DNA from: an uncultured bacterium
GTDB taxonomy: Bacteria > JAGOEH01
NCBI GenBank assembly: GCA_964632485.1
Contig: CAZWDO010000001.1
Span: 124,001-188,000 of the forward strand
DNA length: 64,000 bases
Direction of reading: 5' to 3'
In this document: positions 20,730 to 30,267 of the stretch, piece after piece
Layout: every line of letters starts with the position of its first letter
Position numbering within the stretch: the first letter of the stretch is position 1
Notes under the pieces: model-generated
The model's input: only the letters and a program-made list of their open reading frames with translations
Database searches by the model: none
What the model was told of the DNA's origin: nothing
Program-made: the position numbers and the translations under genes

Positions 20730-22167
20730 AATTATTCCTTTCTTTGAATTGATAAATAGTTGGCTGAAAAAATTTCGAACTCTCATACGCCCCGACAATC
20801 GCCCGCAACAGTTCATCGATCCACGGATCCGCCGCGTCCCATTCGCCTTGATAATGATTTATAATCACACAGAAACTCAGGTGCGGGGAATATTCGTGTC
20901 CGATATAGCCGGCAAGGCTGCGGACGTGTTCAATGTAACCGGTTTTAGCGCGAATCCAAAACTGATTACCGGTCAGAATCGGGCGTGTGGCCAGATCTCC
21001 ACTGCGCCCGGCCACCGGCAACGAGGAAAGATATGCATCACATAATGTCCCATCCCGCGCGCAGTGATTCAACAATGCGCATACCTGGAGCGGTTGAATC
21101 AGATTCATGCGGCTTAATCCTGATCCATCGCGGATGGAAAGCTTATGGATGTCGGGAATCGGCATGGATTGCAGGATACGCATAACGGACATCCCACAAT
21201 CTGCCCAAGAGACACCGGCGGCAGCGTGTGCGCCCAGAGCGCGATAAAGTTGATTAGCGCGAAAATTGTCGCTGAAATGATTGATTCGCCGACACAACTG
21301 TTCCAGGCATGGCGAATGATGCTCTATCCACCAATCTCGTGAATTTGGGGGTTGTTGCTGAATTCGCGGGGCATCATGCCGGTTATTCGCTCTTACCGCT
21401 ATCCCGGCATTACCCAGACTCCCGCGCAACCGATCCAAATACCAACGCGTGCCATTGGGAACCGCCAGTCGGCAGTTCATCGGTAAATGATCCCGGCGAA
21501 CGACACCTACCGGCGCCAATATCCCCCGCCCAAACCGCCAACTGAAAACAGTGGGGCCGTCATTTCCAATTAGCTTCAAATCATGAAGTTGCACCCGTAT
21601 ATTACCAGGAATTGGCAATAACACAACGAGTTTGCCATTTGAATCGCATTCCAGGCGAAGCGTTAAAGCATTGCTGTTTACTGCCAGAACCGAAGCGCCA
21701 GCGGCATAATCAAACCACAAATCCTCCAATTGCCAGTCAGGACAGCGAAAACCCGGCCATCGCGCTATCGAAAAGTCCCGTAGCTCCCCCCCGATCTCCC
21801 TAACTCCCAGTCGCCGCAATTCCACGGCCCACTGCCCAAAGTGATCAGAGCCCAACGAATCATCACAGAATATATCGGCATCACCATCACCACAAATTTC
21901 CAAATTTCCTTGCAGTCGGCCATTGGCATCAATGACTCCGCGGGAACCAATTCGGGTAAAAAAACGGGTTTTAAGCCCCAGTCCCTGCAATCCTGCCGCC
22001 GTCGTGACTAATTTCTGAAGCGAAGCTGGCACCAGTCGTCTCGCCCCATTCCAGTCCACATAGACAGCGCCATCGATCCCCTCTACCCGTATGCCAACCA
22101 CGGCTTCAGGGAAAGGAAACAAATCCAGCAAAGCATGAAGTTCCAGTCCCAGCCGATTAAAAATCAT
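20719..22167 (-). CDS. dacB: Peptidase S13 (D-Ala-D-Ala carboxypeptidase/endopeptidase, PBP4-like)
   Basis: PASLQK (SxxK), FSDNF (SxN), DGSGLSR.N, AKTGY (KTG); no obvious signal peptide. Confidence 0.85.
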   Translation of the reverse strand: MIFNRLGLELHALLDLFPFPEAVVGIRVEGIDGAVYVDWNGARRLVPASLQKLVTTAAGLQGLGLKTRFFTRIGSRGVIDANGRLQGNLEICGDGDADIFCDDSLGSDHFGQWAVELRRLGVREIGGELRDFSIARWPGFRCPDWQLEDLWFDYAAGASVLAVNSNALTLRLECDSNGKLVVLLPIPGNIRVQLHDLKLIGNDGPTVFSWRFGRGILAPVGVVRRDHLPMNCRLAVPNGTRWYLDRLRGSLGNAGIAVRANNRHDAPRIQQQPPNSRDWWIEHHSPCLEQLCRRINHFSDNFRANQLYRALGAHAAAGVSWADCGMSVMRILQSMPIPDIHKLSIRDGSGLSRMNLIQPLQVCALLNHCARDGTLCDAYLSSLPVAGRSGDLATRPILTGNQFWIRAKTGYIEHVRSLAGYIGHEYSPHLSFCVIINHYQGEWDAADPWIDELLRAIVGAYESSKFFQPTIYQFKERNNYDD

Positions 22168-22182
22168 TCGAATCCTTTATGC

Positions 22183-24498
22183 CTATTTTAAATGGATCAA
22201 ACGTCGGCTCGCCTGATACTGATCAATACAAAGCGAGTAGAAATAGATTCCAGATGATAATAATGAGGGGAATTGATAGTTCCATGTATAATTCGCAGAG
22301 ATAACGCAGTCATCGAGAATAGTCCCAATTTTCTCACCCAACATGGAATATAAAAATAGCGAAACACGTGCCGGTTGCGGCAGAACAATCCGGAACGTGA
22401 CGGACTGGTTTGCTGGGTTTGGATAATGCCATACTTGAAATCGGGATTCACCTGGCTGATCGTCAAATTCAAGAAAACTTTGAGCATCGCCCGTTTGTAA
22501 GCGAATCTCATCAAGTAAAATCGTTCCCTGGTAAAGCGTATCCTTTTTCGCTGAGGTTTGAATCAGAAACAGGGTGATGGAGACTAATCGATAGGGTTTT
22601 TTCAGAAGAGAATCGACGACATCCAGAGGAGCGGACAGAGTTTCCCAGCCACATTCAAGAGAAGCTCGCTGAGTACGAATGGTGGTTTGACAATCGAAGT
22701 AGTCCTTGAAACAATATTCGAAAAAATGGGACTGGCCGTTATTATAAAGGTCAATTGCCAATGTATCGAAAGTTCCCCATAGAGCATAGTCGCAATCAAG
22801 CATCAACCGATGCTGGTCTATCCGTTTATAGTAAAAGGCGTAATCCAGCGCCAGCGCGGAGGGAGGATTAGCATAAAGCGTGTCACAAAGGTGAAGATGA
22901 CAGGTGATCAGATTCAGGGAGTCCTTGCGGTAATCAGGCAAAAAAGTGAAGGGTTCCACGGTCAGTGACGATGTTTTCGGCAAAATTTGAATTATCCGGG
23001 AAGCGATCAGGGTTCCAAAGCGGACAGTGATCTCACCAGTCCCTTCCATCAGGGCCTCCATCTGGCCAGGCGCAGCCACACGGAGAACCGGGTGGGAAGC
23101 ACTCCATTCGGCTTCACGGGCATCGATTCGCGCCGAGTCACCGGAATCCGTAATAGCAATCGCTTCCCACTGGTATATATCGCCCACTACCATTGCCATA
23201 GAGTCCAGGATAGGACTAATAATCAGGTTCGTCAGTGAAGGCAAGTTTTCCCGATAGCTGACAAAAATCGGAGTCGGACCGATATCGAGTTCAAAAACAC
23301 CATCCTGACGATACGTATATTCGGTTTTTTCACCGGAAAGATCAGTGATTTCAGCGCAACGCCACCCCAGCCGCAAACTATCGGCAACCACACCCTCCGG
23401 GTTCCAAAGGACCAGCACGGTATCGTTTTGAAGGGCATATTTATAACAGTACACACCTGATTCAGACTGAGCATCAATACAATCCAGGCCGCTCAGTTTA
23501 TGGCAAAGCGACCGATACGCCAGATAAGAGGGCTTGGGTTTAAAATCGCTTCTGACAACCTTGAAATGACATTCCTGATTGCCAGGATCATTGCAGGGAT
23601 TGTGAAACTCGTACCAATTAACATGTTGAAGATATGGCAGGGCGGAAAGTAGCAGATAGGAACGCGCCAGAAAATTGGCTTGTTCTGTTTCCGACACATT
23701 GGAATTGCCTTGGGTAGGATAGCCCATTTCCGTAATCCATACGGGTTTGGGCGCCGAAAGCTGATAAACTTTTTCCATTTCCGCCACCAGTTTTATTTCA
23801 GGAGCCATCACTGGCTGATAGGGATGAACCGAAACAGCATCCATATATTCCAATCCCCCAGCGGCTATTACCTGGCCGATGAAACTGAGATCGACCATCG
23901 AAGTCGCGCATCCCATCACAAATACAGTACTATCCACGGCTTTGCAGGCTTGATACGCTGCTTTCAGGAGTTCGGCATAATCCATGGCATTGGGTTCGGG
24001 ATGCCAGAAACCGGGGAGGTTGGGTTCGTTCCAAATTTCATAATAACGCACACCCCAAGGCGCGTAGTGGGAAACAACGGCCTGGCAGTAGCGGCAAAAC
24101 GCCGCCCGCTGCTCTTCTGTGGCCGGGGCCAACGCCAGATCGGGACTGCCGCTGTAGAGAGGATTGCTATAGTCAAGCGCCAGGATGACCTGAATATTCT
24201 TTGCCAGGGCGGTTTGAATATATTGATCGTATTCGGGCGGAAAACTATAGACGCCGGGCGTCTGCTCCACAATATACCAGTATACCTCATCCCGGATCGA
24301 ATGGATACCGGCCGAACTCACGAGTTCGAGAATGGTGTCGCAATAATTGATATAATCTGGCCGCATATCGAAAGTTTGGCCAAAATGCACGGTAATCCCA
24401 AAAAACGGAGTGGGCGGCTGTTCGGCCCAAACCATAAGTAAGGCCAAATGCCAGACGATAACCAAAACCACCATTTGCGCAGACACAAATTTACGCAT
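22183..24498 (-). CDS. Secreted clan GH-A glycoside hydrolase (GH39/GH5-like) with Ig-like and CBM-like modules and a T9SS C-terminal domain
   Basis: Signal peptide; EIWNEPN (acid/base), VSVHPY, WITEMGYP (nucleophile); Big_2-like and CBM11-like segments; YPNPAN...SSGIYFY. Confidence 0.8.
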   Translation of the reverse strand: MRKFVSAQMVVLVIVWHLALLMVWAEQPPTPFFGITVHFGQTFDMRPDYINYCDTILELVSSAGIHSIRDEVYWYIVEQTPGVYSFPPEYDQYIQTALAKNIQVILALDYSNPLYSGSPDLALAPATEEQRAAFCRYCQAVVSHYAPWGVRYYEIWNEPNLPGFWHPEPNAMDYAELLKAAYQACKAVDSTVFVMGCATSMVDLSFIGQVIAAGGLEYMDAVSVHPYQPVMAPEIKLVAEMEKVYQLSAPKPVWITEMGYPTQGNSNVSETEQANFLARSYLLLSALPYLQHVNWYEFHNPCNDPGNQECHFKVVRSDFKPKPSYLAYRSLCHKLSGLDCIDAQSESGVYCYKYALQNDTVLVLWNPEGVVADSLRLGWRCAEITDLSGEKTEYTYRQDGVFELDIGPTPIFVSYRENLPSLTNLIISPILDSMAMVVGDIYQWEAIAITDSGDSARIDAREAEWSASHPVLRVAAPGQMEALMEGTGEITVRFGTLIASRIIQILPKTSSLTVEPFTFLPDYRKDSLNLITCHLHLCDTLYANPPSALALDYAFYYKRIDQHRLMLDCDYALWGTFDTLAIDLYNNGQSHFFEYCFKDYFDCQTTIRTQRASLECGWETLSAPLDVVDSLLKKPYRLVSITLFLIQTSAKKDTLYQGTILLDEIRLQTGDAQSFLEFDDQPGESRFQVWHYPNPANQSVTFRIVLPQPARVSLFLYSMLGEKIGTILDDCVISANYTWNYQFPSLLSSGIYFYSLCIDQYQASRRLIHLK

Positions 24499-24501
24499 TG
24501 T

Positions 24502-25329
24502 TCACCCCTTTATTCCGGACATTTTAATGCCCTCGATCAGATAGCGTTGAGCGAAAAGAAAAAAAATAAACGTTGGAATGATGGAAAGAGTGGCGGCTGC
24601 CATCATCCAGTTCCAGTGAGTACCGTACTTGCTCATGAACAGGGGAAGGCCAAGTGAAAGGGGATATAGCTGATCGCGGTTGAGGTAGAGCAAAGGGCCG
24701 AGGTAATTATTCCAGGCAGCCACGAACTGGAACAACGCAATGATCAGAAGCACGGGTTTAGTTAGCGGCAGAATGATTAGCCGGTATATCTGCCATTCTC
24801 CAGCGCCGTCGATGCGTGCGGCCTCGATGAGAACATTGGGAATGGTACTGAGAAACTGTCGGATCAGAAAAATATGAGCGGCCACTCCGCTAAATGCCGG
24901 TAAGATTAAGGGCCAGTAGGTGTCTATCAAATGGAGATTTTTGAAGACCAAAAAAGTTGGCACCAGGGTGGCGGCGCTGGGCAACAGGATCGTACTCAGC
25001 ATTAACGCGAAACAGAGACCTCGACCCGGCCATTTAATTTTACTGAAACTATAAGCTACCAGCGGACTAACGAGTACTGTCCCCAGCACCGAACCAGCCG
25101 TGATCAGTATGCTATTGCCAAGATAGGTCCAAAAGGGGAAATAGCTAATCGCCTGAGAATAGTTGTCCCATGCTAATTCTACTGGAAAAAATGCCGTATA
25201 ATTGTCAAACAGTTGATGGTCCGGCTTCAGCGACGTTGCCAGCATCCATAGAAATGGCATGGCAAAGACAAGGCTGATCGCAATCAGAACCACTCTCGTG
25301 AAAAAAAATTGTTTACTGTGTTTCGTCAT
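24502..25329 (-). CDS. Carbohydrate ABC transporter permease (MalG-like)
   Basis: PFLWMLATSLK, EAARIDGA loop, WNNYLGPL, QRYLIEG. Confidence 0.93.
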   Translation of the reverse strand: MTKHSKQFFFTRVVLIAISLVFAMPFLWMLATSLKPDHQLFDNYTAFFPVELAWDNYSQAISYFPFWTYLGNSILITAGSVLGTVLVSPLVAYSFSKIKWPGRGLCFALMLSTILLPSAATLVPTFLVFKNLHLIDTYWPLILPAFSGVAAHIFLIRQFLSTIPNVLIEAARIDGAGEWQIYRLIILPLTKPVLLIIALFQFVAAWNNYLGPLLYLNRDQLYPLSLGLPLFMSKYGTHWNWMMAAATLSIIPTFIFFLFAQRYLIEGIKMSGIKG

Positions 25330-26194
25330 AGTGCCACCCGCTGATTGGTAATTTAAAGATCAACCAGGTCAGTCCCATCCCCAGTATAAAAAGCAGCCAT
25401 GCCATGGCGGAAGCGTATCCCATACGGGAATATGTAAATGCCTGTTTGTAAAGATACTGCACATAGGAAAGCGAGGCATGGGCAGGTCCGCCTTCTGTCA
25501 GTATTTGGGGTAAATCAAAAATCTGCAAGGCGCCGATAGTTGACATAATCATATAATAAAAAGTGGCCGGGCCCAGCAGTGGAAACGTGATCCGCCAAAA
25601 GCGGGACCAACCAGTAACCCCGTCCAGTTCCGCCGCCTCATATAATTCCTGGGGGATATCGTTCAACGCCGCCAGATAGATTACGGCCGTACCACCGACC
25701 CCCAGTTGGCTAATCAAGATAATCGTCAATTTCACCCAGTTTTCATCAGTCAGCCAGGCAGGAGCTTCCAAACCAAGACGTTCTACGTTTACATTGATAA
25801 ATCCAATATAGGGATTGAAAAACCATTGGGCAATCGCCGCCAGAGCAAATATGGGCACAATGCCGGGCATGTAAATAATACTACGATACAAAACCTTTTC
25901 ACGCAAAGGCTTAGCTAACAATAGAGCCAATCCCATCCCTATAAACAAGCCCACCGGGACCAGACCGATCACGTAGACCAGCGTGTTTTTCAAACTCTGT
26001 ATGAATACCTCATCCTGTAACAATTGAAAGTAGTTATCTAATCCCACCCAGGCAAAATGATCGGACATGCTATAATCGGTCAAACTAAAAAACAGGGAAG
26101 TTACAATTGGATAAAGATAAAACACAATAAAGCCGAGCATCCAGGGTAGAGCGAAAATGATGCCCCAAAGGGTTTGGCTGTGTTTAATGCGCAT
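25313..26194 (-). CDS. Carbohydrate ABC transporter permease (MalF-like)
   Basis: VGLDNY, IPQELYEAAELDG, GYASAMAW; start moved to ATG 26194, overlapping the binding-protein stop. Confidence 0.93.
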   Translation of the reverse strand: MRIKHSQTLWGIIFALPWMLGFIVFYLYPIVTSLFFSLTDYSMSDHFAWVGLDNYFQLLQDEVFIQSLKNTLVYVIGLVPVGLFIGMGLALLLAKPLREKVLYRSIIYMPGIVPIFALAAIAQWFFNPYIGFINVNVERLGLEAPAWLTDENWVKLTIILISQLGVGGTAVIYLAALNDIPQELYEAAELDGVTGWSRFWRITFPLLGPATFYYMIMSTIGALQIFDLPQILTEGGPAHASLSYVQYLYKQAFTYSRMGYASAMAWLLFILGMGLTWLIFKLPISGWHYDETQ

Positions 26195-27449
26195 CGGCGC
26201 GTTCCAGTTCTGCCTGCAGCAAGCGTTGGGCATCGCGAAGAGCTTGTTGCGCACTCTTTTTATTGTAAAAAATCAATTCACGGGCTTCAGTCAGTTTATC
26301 CCAAAAAAGAGCGCCAACGGGCAAAACGGGGCGGCATTGGGCCGTTGCCAGCAATTCGACAAAGAATTTCATGTTCGGGTATTGAGCTATCAGCAGATCG
26401 TTACCGGGTCGAAAAGTGGCCAGATGCTTAGTTTGCGGGGCAAAAAGCAGTTGGCCCCGGGTGCATATATCGACAATGAAGCGGACTGCCGCGTCGCGTT
26501 CCTTCACTCCGCGCGGCATAACAAAGGCCTGACCACCGGCCCAGGTGCTATTTTTGCATCCATCACGCGGATGAGGAATCGGAGCGATTCCATACTCAAA
26601 ACCCGGAGGAGCAAACGACTCAAAATCCTGGATCAACCAATTCCCTTCAATGAGCATCGCTAATCGTCCGGTTAGAAAGGATTGGACATTAGTGCCAAAC
26701 GTCATTAGAAATGCGCTGACATACTGCATGCCATATTCCTGAGCATATTTTTTCTGCCAACGCATTGATTGCAGAATAGCAGAATCAGTCGCGAAACAAA
26801 AATGATGCTGCGATTCATCGAAAAAAGCGCCGCCAAATACCAGCCCCCAAGTATAATGCCAGCCTTGCCCCTGCCAGGGAATAAATCCGTATCGTATTGC
26901 TTTTTTGCCGCGCTTAACCGTTGTCCGCTTAGCAATCTCATCGAGCTCCTCCAGGGTGGAAGGCGCCGAATCGGCTGGCAAACCGATCTCCCGCATCACA
27001 GCCTTGTTGTAGTAGAGAACACGGACATCGGTATCAAACGGCAACCCGTACAATTGCCTATTGTAAATAACTTCCCGGATGGCAAACGGATAGAAATCGC
27101 GAGCCAGGTCGATTGAATCCGGCAGACAAGAAGCCAGCCAAGGCTCCAGAGGTTCCAGCAGATGCTGGGCAGCGCGTTGGGCAATGGTAAAACGATCAAT
27201 ACAGTACACATCCGGACCGCTCCCCCCCAGTACAGCGGATATCAATTTGGTCGCATCCGCCTCGTTTCCGGGAATATAAACCAATTGCACCTTTACAGCG
27301 GGATTGTCTTGCCGATACAAAGCGACAATCTCTTCCAGCGCCCGCCGTTCATGCGGAGTAGCCATGGAATGCCAGACCGTCAGCGAAAACGATATCGGAC
27401 ACAAAACCATTACGAGAACGATGTATCGTAGCCAAACAGAGATCAACAT
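26184..27449 (-). CDS. Carbohydrate ABC transporter substrate-binding protein
   Basis: Signal peptide, LTVWH, GPDV, LYGLPF...LYYNK, FLTGRLAM..GNW, WAGG. Confidence 0.9.
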   Translation of the reverse strand: MLISVWLRYIVLVMVLCPISFSLTVWHSMATPHERRALEEIVALYRQDNPAVKVQLVYIPGNEADATKLISAVLGGSGPDVYCIDRFTIAQRAAQHLLEPLEPWLASCLPDSIDLARDFYPFAIREVIYNRQLYGLPFDTDVRVLYYNKAVMREIGLPADSAPSTLEELDEIAKRTTVKRGKKAIRYGFIPWQGQGWHYTWGLVFGGAFFDESQHHFCFATDSAILQSMRWQKKYAQEYGMQYVSAFLMTFGTNVQSFLTGRLAMLIEGNWLIQDFESFAPPGFEYGIAPIPHPRDGCKNSTWAGGQAFVMPRGVKERDAAVRFIVDICTRGQLLFAPQTKHLATFRPGNDLLIAQYPNMKFFVELLATAQCRPVLPVGALFWDKLTEARELIFYNKKSAQQALRDAQRLLQAELERADAH

Positions 27450-27453
27450 CGAA

Positions 27454-30057
27454 TCAAGGCTCCAGACGCAAAGTTTTTACCTCGCCGGCTTTGAAGGCGA
27501 TCCGCCATGGCGATTCCCCTTTCACTCCGGTTGAATTTTGCTCAGCCATATCCGTGAGACTAAGCCGTGAAAATTGGCGGGAACGGAGGACTACTTCCCG
27601 GGCCGCCCCAGGATTCAGAAGCCGAACGATTAAAGCATCGGAATCGATTGCCGGTTTACAAGCCATCCAATGCAAACCTTCCAGCGACTCAAATAACTGC
27701 CAGGGAATATTTAATCGAAACCCAGGCAAACAGACACTGGTACGAAGAAACGCCTCAGCGCTGGGCCAAAGCCCTTCTTGTTCCGCAACCCAATCCAACG
27801 CAAGATGATAAGTCAACCGCTCCTTAGTCTGCCCTCCGGGAGTAGGGACAAAAGGACCGGCATGTCCGCTACGGGTGGAAAGGTCCCCGCGAGAAAGGTA
27901 GCCATTAGCGCGTAAAAGAGTTAATTTGACTTCAGTGGCATCGGCGCAAAGCGCAGTTTCATATTCATGATTTCCGCGGGACATCAACATCCAAATGCCA
28001 TTTTCCCCGGAAAATCCCATAAAGCTTTCCATGGCGTAGCGAGCCACCAACTCCTCGGTAGCTTCGGGATCCGGTTGCGCTTCAACCGGATGTCTGACCA
28101 GACCAAAATGTGAATTGTTGAACACCTCGTCGTGGCGTTCTGGAAAGCGGAAAGTCGCTCGCAGGCGATGATCTTCGGAACGATTTTCCAGTGAAATCCT
28201 CACTTCAATGCGCCGTTGAAAAGCAAATAGTCGATAACGGATGGAAAGCGGATTTTCGATCAATTCACTGCTCCGTCGGCCATTTTCAACCTTACGCGGC
28301 AGAAGGAGATAACCATCCAGGGTAATTTCATGCATGAAATTAAGGTTGATTACTTGCCGGGCCGTCAAAAAGGGCTTTACATTCACTTCCCGATCACCGA
28401 ATAACGGCGCAAAATTATAACCGTCCCCCACATCTGCCTGGTCAATAAAGTGTAGATAGTAATAAGTTTTAACGGAATCGTCTTTTGCCTTCACTTCAAA
28501 CGAACCATCATCGGCGAGATTGAAAAAATAAAAGGGATTTTCGTATTGATAGCCGGGAACTCCCTGAGTGAAGGAATGTATCTCCTTGCGCAGAGAAACA
28601 CTTTTAAAACCCAAAGCCGGCATATCAAGCGGGAAGAGCAACCGATACCACTGCCCCGAGCGTCCTTCGCATAATTGCTGAAGACTTGACTGACGAATAA
28701 AGGGGTCCAGTAACGGCAAGGCGGCGAGCTGTTCGCTACCGCGCCCGGGCTGGCAGGTACGATCCAACAATTCTTCCATTCCAACTTCACAGGGTTCGAT
28801 ATAGGTAGGGATGCGGGTTTCCTGGTCATATATAGTATACCCGGCATGATCAAGCAGGAAGTAACACTCCACCACGGTTTTTAAGGGAAAGCCGCCTGGG
28901 TTGAATACCAGCGCATCCCGGGCAGTAGTGGATTCCGCAATATTTGAAGCAGTCATTCGCAAATGACGCGCAATGCTCATAATTCCATTTTCCTGCGCTG
29001 TTGCCAGCCGGGATTCCGCATCAAGATGCACACGGTCGGTGCTGCAGCCGCAAAGTGTGTCATGCGGTTGGGATTGCAACACCAGACGCCAACTGCGTTC
29101 CAGTTCTAAGAGATAAGCGGGGGTTCCCGTCAAACGGGAGCAAGCGCAAAGCGGTTCCAAGTAATCACTTAAAAACGTTTGCGCATCAAAATGACGCAAC
29201 TTGAGGTACACTCGGCTGGAAAGAATGTCCTTGAGCACGAATTCACGACGCGGGCAACGCAATTCGCCCTCAATTTGGCTTATACTGTCCACAGCCGTCA
29301 ATACGCGCTCGATATAGTAATCTAAGGTCGAGCTCACTCCATGATGCCCCCATTCCTCCAACCATAGAGGGATTTGAGCGACTAATTCTCCATCAAAAAT
29401 CTCATGATCGGTGCCATTCATCAACAATCCATAAGGGGTCGCCGCTTTGTCGATCAAGTCATCCACTTCATCGCGGATCACCTCTTTCATGACGTCCAGT
29501 GGCCGGCCGTAATGCGCAGAAGTTGAATAGCCGCGCATTAAATGCGTGGTTAGCACACGATCACCGTTAGGAGCCTGCCACCAGAACTCAGTTTTTCCAG
29601 CGGCTTTGCCGACCCCGCGCCAGATAACTGCGGCTTTAAGCCCCAAACCTTTAATCAGGGTCGGCATATAAGCAGAATGCCCGAACATATCCGGCAAATA
29701 CGCCGTCTCCATTGACCGACACCCCAGACGTTCCAAAACCTGACGGCCGATCAGACAGTTGCGGATCATCGATTCACCACTGACCAGAAACTCATCCGGA
29801 AGAATATACCAGGGTCCCGCCGACAAGCGCCCATCTTTCAGCAACTGCACTAATTCGTTCTTCCGTTCTGGCCGCATCTCCAGGTAATCTTCCAGAACAA
29901 TAGTCTGACCGTCAAGGACATAAGCCTTGAATTCCGGCTGTTGGTGTAGCCGATCAATCAAACTATCAATCAGAAAGAGCAAGCGATGCCGATAGAACTC
30001 GAACGGAACATACCATTCGCGATCCCAGTGAGTATGGGTAACCAGAGAAAATTCCAT
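27454..30057 (-). CDS. GH38 alpha-mannosidase (MngB-like)
   Basis: THTHWDREWY, LDGQT, GPWYILPDE..SGES, YLPDMFGH, NGTDH, QPHDTLCGCS; ATG 30057 with AAGGAG RBS. Confidence 0.92.
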   Translation of the reverse strand: MEFSLVTHTHWDREWYVPFEFYRHRLLFLIDSLIDRLHQQPEFKAYVLDGQTIVLEDYLEMRPERKNELVQLLKDGRLSAGPWYILPDEFLVSGESMIRNCLIGRQVLERLGCRSMETAYLPDMFGHSAYMPTLIKGLGLKAAVIWRGVGKAAGKTEFWWQAPNGDRVLTTHLMRGYSTSAHYGRPLDVMKEVIRDEVDDLIDKAATPYGLLMNGTDHEIFDGELVAQIPLWLEEWGHHGVSSTLDYYIERVLTAVDSISQIEGELRCPRREFVLKDILSSRVYLKLRHFDAQTFLSDYLEPLCACSRLTGTPAYLLELERSWRLVLQSQPHDTLCGCSTDRVHLDAESRLATAQENGIMSIARHLRMTASNIAESTTARDALVFNPGGFPLKTVVECYFLLDHAGYTIYDQETRIPTYIEPCEVGMEELLDRTCQPGRGSEQLAALPLLDPFIRQSSLQQLCEGRSGQWYRLLFPLDMPALGFKSVSLRKEIHSFTQGVPGYQYENPFYFFNLADDGSFEVKAKDDSVKTYYYLHFIDQADVGDGYNFAPLFGDREVNVKPFLTARQVINLNFMHEITLDGYLLLPRKVENGRRSSELIENPLSIRYRLFAFQRRIEVRISLENRSEDHRLRATFRFPERHDEVFNNSHFGLVRHPVEAQPDPEATEELVARYAMESFMGFSGENGIWMLMSRGNHEYETALCADATEVKLTLLRANGYLSRGDLSTRSGHAGPFVPTPGGQTKERLTYHLALDWVAEQEGLWPSAEAFLRTSVCLPGFRLNIPWQLFESLEGLHWMACKPAIDSDALIVRLLNPGAAREVVLRSRQFSRLSLTDMAEQNSTGVKGESPWRIAFKAGEVKTLRLEP

Positions 30058-30083
30058 AACAGTAAACTCCTTAATATCCAAAT

Positions 30084-30104
30084 TTAGTTAAAGCTTTTAA
30101 CTAA
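30084..30104. promoter_or_regulatory. Palindromic operator O1 (probable ROK repressor site)
   Basis: TTAGTTAAA-GCT-TTTAACTAA, perfect 9-bp arms, covering the predicted +1 of the GH38 operon promoter. Confidence 0.75.
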
Positions 30105-30132
30105 TTATAAAAAATAAAATTGCTTTTGTCAA
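30104..30132 (-). promoter_or_regulatory. Consensus sigma70 promoter of the GH38-ABC-GH130 operon
   Basis: Minus strand TTGACA (30132-30127) -17 bp- TATAAT (30109-30104). Confidence 0.8.
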
Positions 30133-30151
30133 GCTAAAATAAAAAAATCTA

Positions 30152-30180
30152 TTGACAAAATTGATTTTTTAGATTACTAT
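30152..30180 (+). promoter_or_regulatory. sigma70 promoter of the ROK / CBM9-like unit
   Basis: TTGACA 30152-30157 -17 bp- TACTAT 30175-30180. Confidence 0.7.
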
Positions 30181-30211
30181 AATAATTATGAATAATTTTG
30201 TGTTTTCCAAT

Positions 30212-30232
30212 TTAGTTAAAGTTATAAATCAA
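30212..30232. promoter_or_regulatory. Degenerate second operator O2
   Basis: TTAGTTAAAGTTATAAATCAA shares the left arm and similar upstream context with O1; lies in the ROK leader. Confidence 0.6.
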
Positions 30233-30267
30233 ACAGCCAATTATCACACACTAACAATGCTAAAAAC

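Noticed and set aside
23680-24441. 253-aa plus-strand ORF
   Set aside because: Antisense shadow of the GH-A gene in GC-richer DNA
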